IMG/VR virus record: IMGVR_UViG_3300028388_002189
Location: 17,259 to 81,258 of that record
DNA length: 64,000 bases
Direction: 5' to 3' (one strand)
Origin: a virus
Made by a program: the position numbers and the translations under genes. Within the stretch, counting starts at the first letter, position 1. Each line of letters starts with the position of its first letter. The notes below the pieces were generated by a model, which was given only the letters and a program-made list of their open reading frames with translations, had not been told where the DNA came from and searched no databases. Below, piece by piece: positions 63,530 through 64,000 of the stretch.

Positions 63530-64000
63530 CCCAAAGGTATATCCCTAGATGTCTGTCTAGGTATGTGTCTCTTATATAGTCTTTGGTCAAAGTATGGGGT
63601 CCTCAAACTTTTTGGCTAAGTTTGTTACTTTGCTGAAATTGAATGTACGCTGAGCGGTCTTTGGGCGCTCCTCGTCGCTGCGCTCCTCTTCGCTCGCCAT
63701 ATATGGCAGCGCTCCTCGCTGCGCTCGTCACCAGACGAAGCGGGTGTGTGGACTCCTCGCTGTGCTCGTCGCGTCGCGACTCCTCTTGGCGCGTAGCGCT
63801 CATCCCCTCTTCGGTGCTCACCCTGTCTTGGTGTGTGGGGTGCAAGTATGACCTGCCTTAGTGTGTGGCGTGTCTGTGGGTGGTGTGTGTGTCCCCTTAG
63901 CCCCTCTCCTCGCCGGTGCCCCAACCGTGGCGCAGTGTGTGTGTCCTGTATGGGCGTCGCTCCCCTCCCATATGTCGTGACCCCCTAATACGTTTTGGGT

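Noticed and set aside
63603-63924. Overlapping Arg-rich ORFs in the terminal GC/GT-rich block
   Set aside because: Low-complexity composition, open in several frames, no RBS; more likely non-coding

Overview
The window is most of the genome of a tailed dsDNA phage with a contractile (myovirus-type) tail, and almost everything from 1 to 57.5 kb is on the minus strand. In transcription order the modules are: packaging and head (TerL, portal, gpF-like protein, scaffold, N4-gp56-type capsid), neck, a tail/baseplate that resembles extracellular contractile injection systems (sheath, tube, frameshifted chaperone, tape measure, LysM, hub, spike, gp25, wedge, DUF6519-like protein), a holin/spanin cassette, three fibre or decoration proteins (one collagen-like), a full replication module (initiator, DnaC-like loader, DnaB, primase, SSB, PolA, SF2 helicase) and a recombination module (RecA, resolvase, ParB-like, Cas4-like nuclease, UvsY-like, SpoVS). 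The right end (57.6-64 kb) holds small genes, RusA, a lytic transglycosylase, a CHAP endolysin and regulatory DNA. The strongest unexplained signal is a 12-14 bp non-palindromic motif, (A)STTTTCAACAACT, with at least 12 exact core copies spaced every 3-9 kb in both orientations. It sits inside genes in four different reading registers, and one copy abuts the ribosome-binding site of the ParB-like gene, which suggests a genome-wide protein-binding site system. Also seen: a -1 programmed frameshift (GGGTTTT) in the tail chaperone, two Myxococcus-type LexA boxes flanking a cluster of four unannotated membrane micropeptides, a TATA-rich element repeated at operon starts, and apparent GGCC/CCGG avoidance. 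No CRISPR array, tRNA, rRNA or integrase was recognised. All family assignments come from motif recognition by eye, not from database searches.
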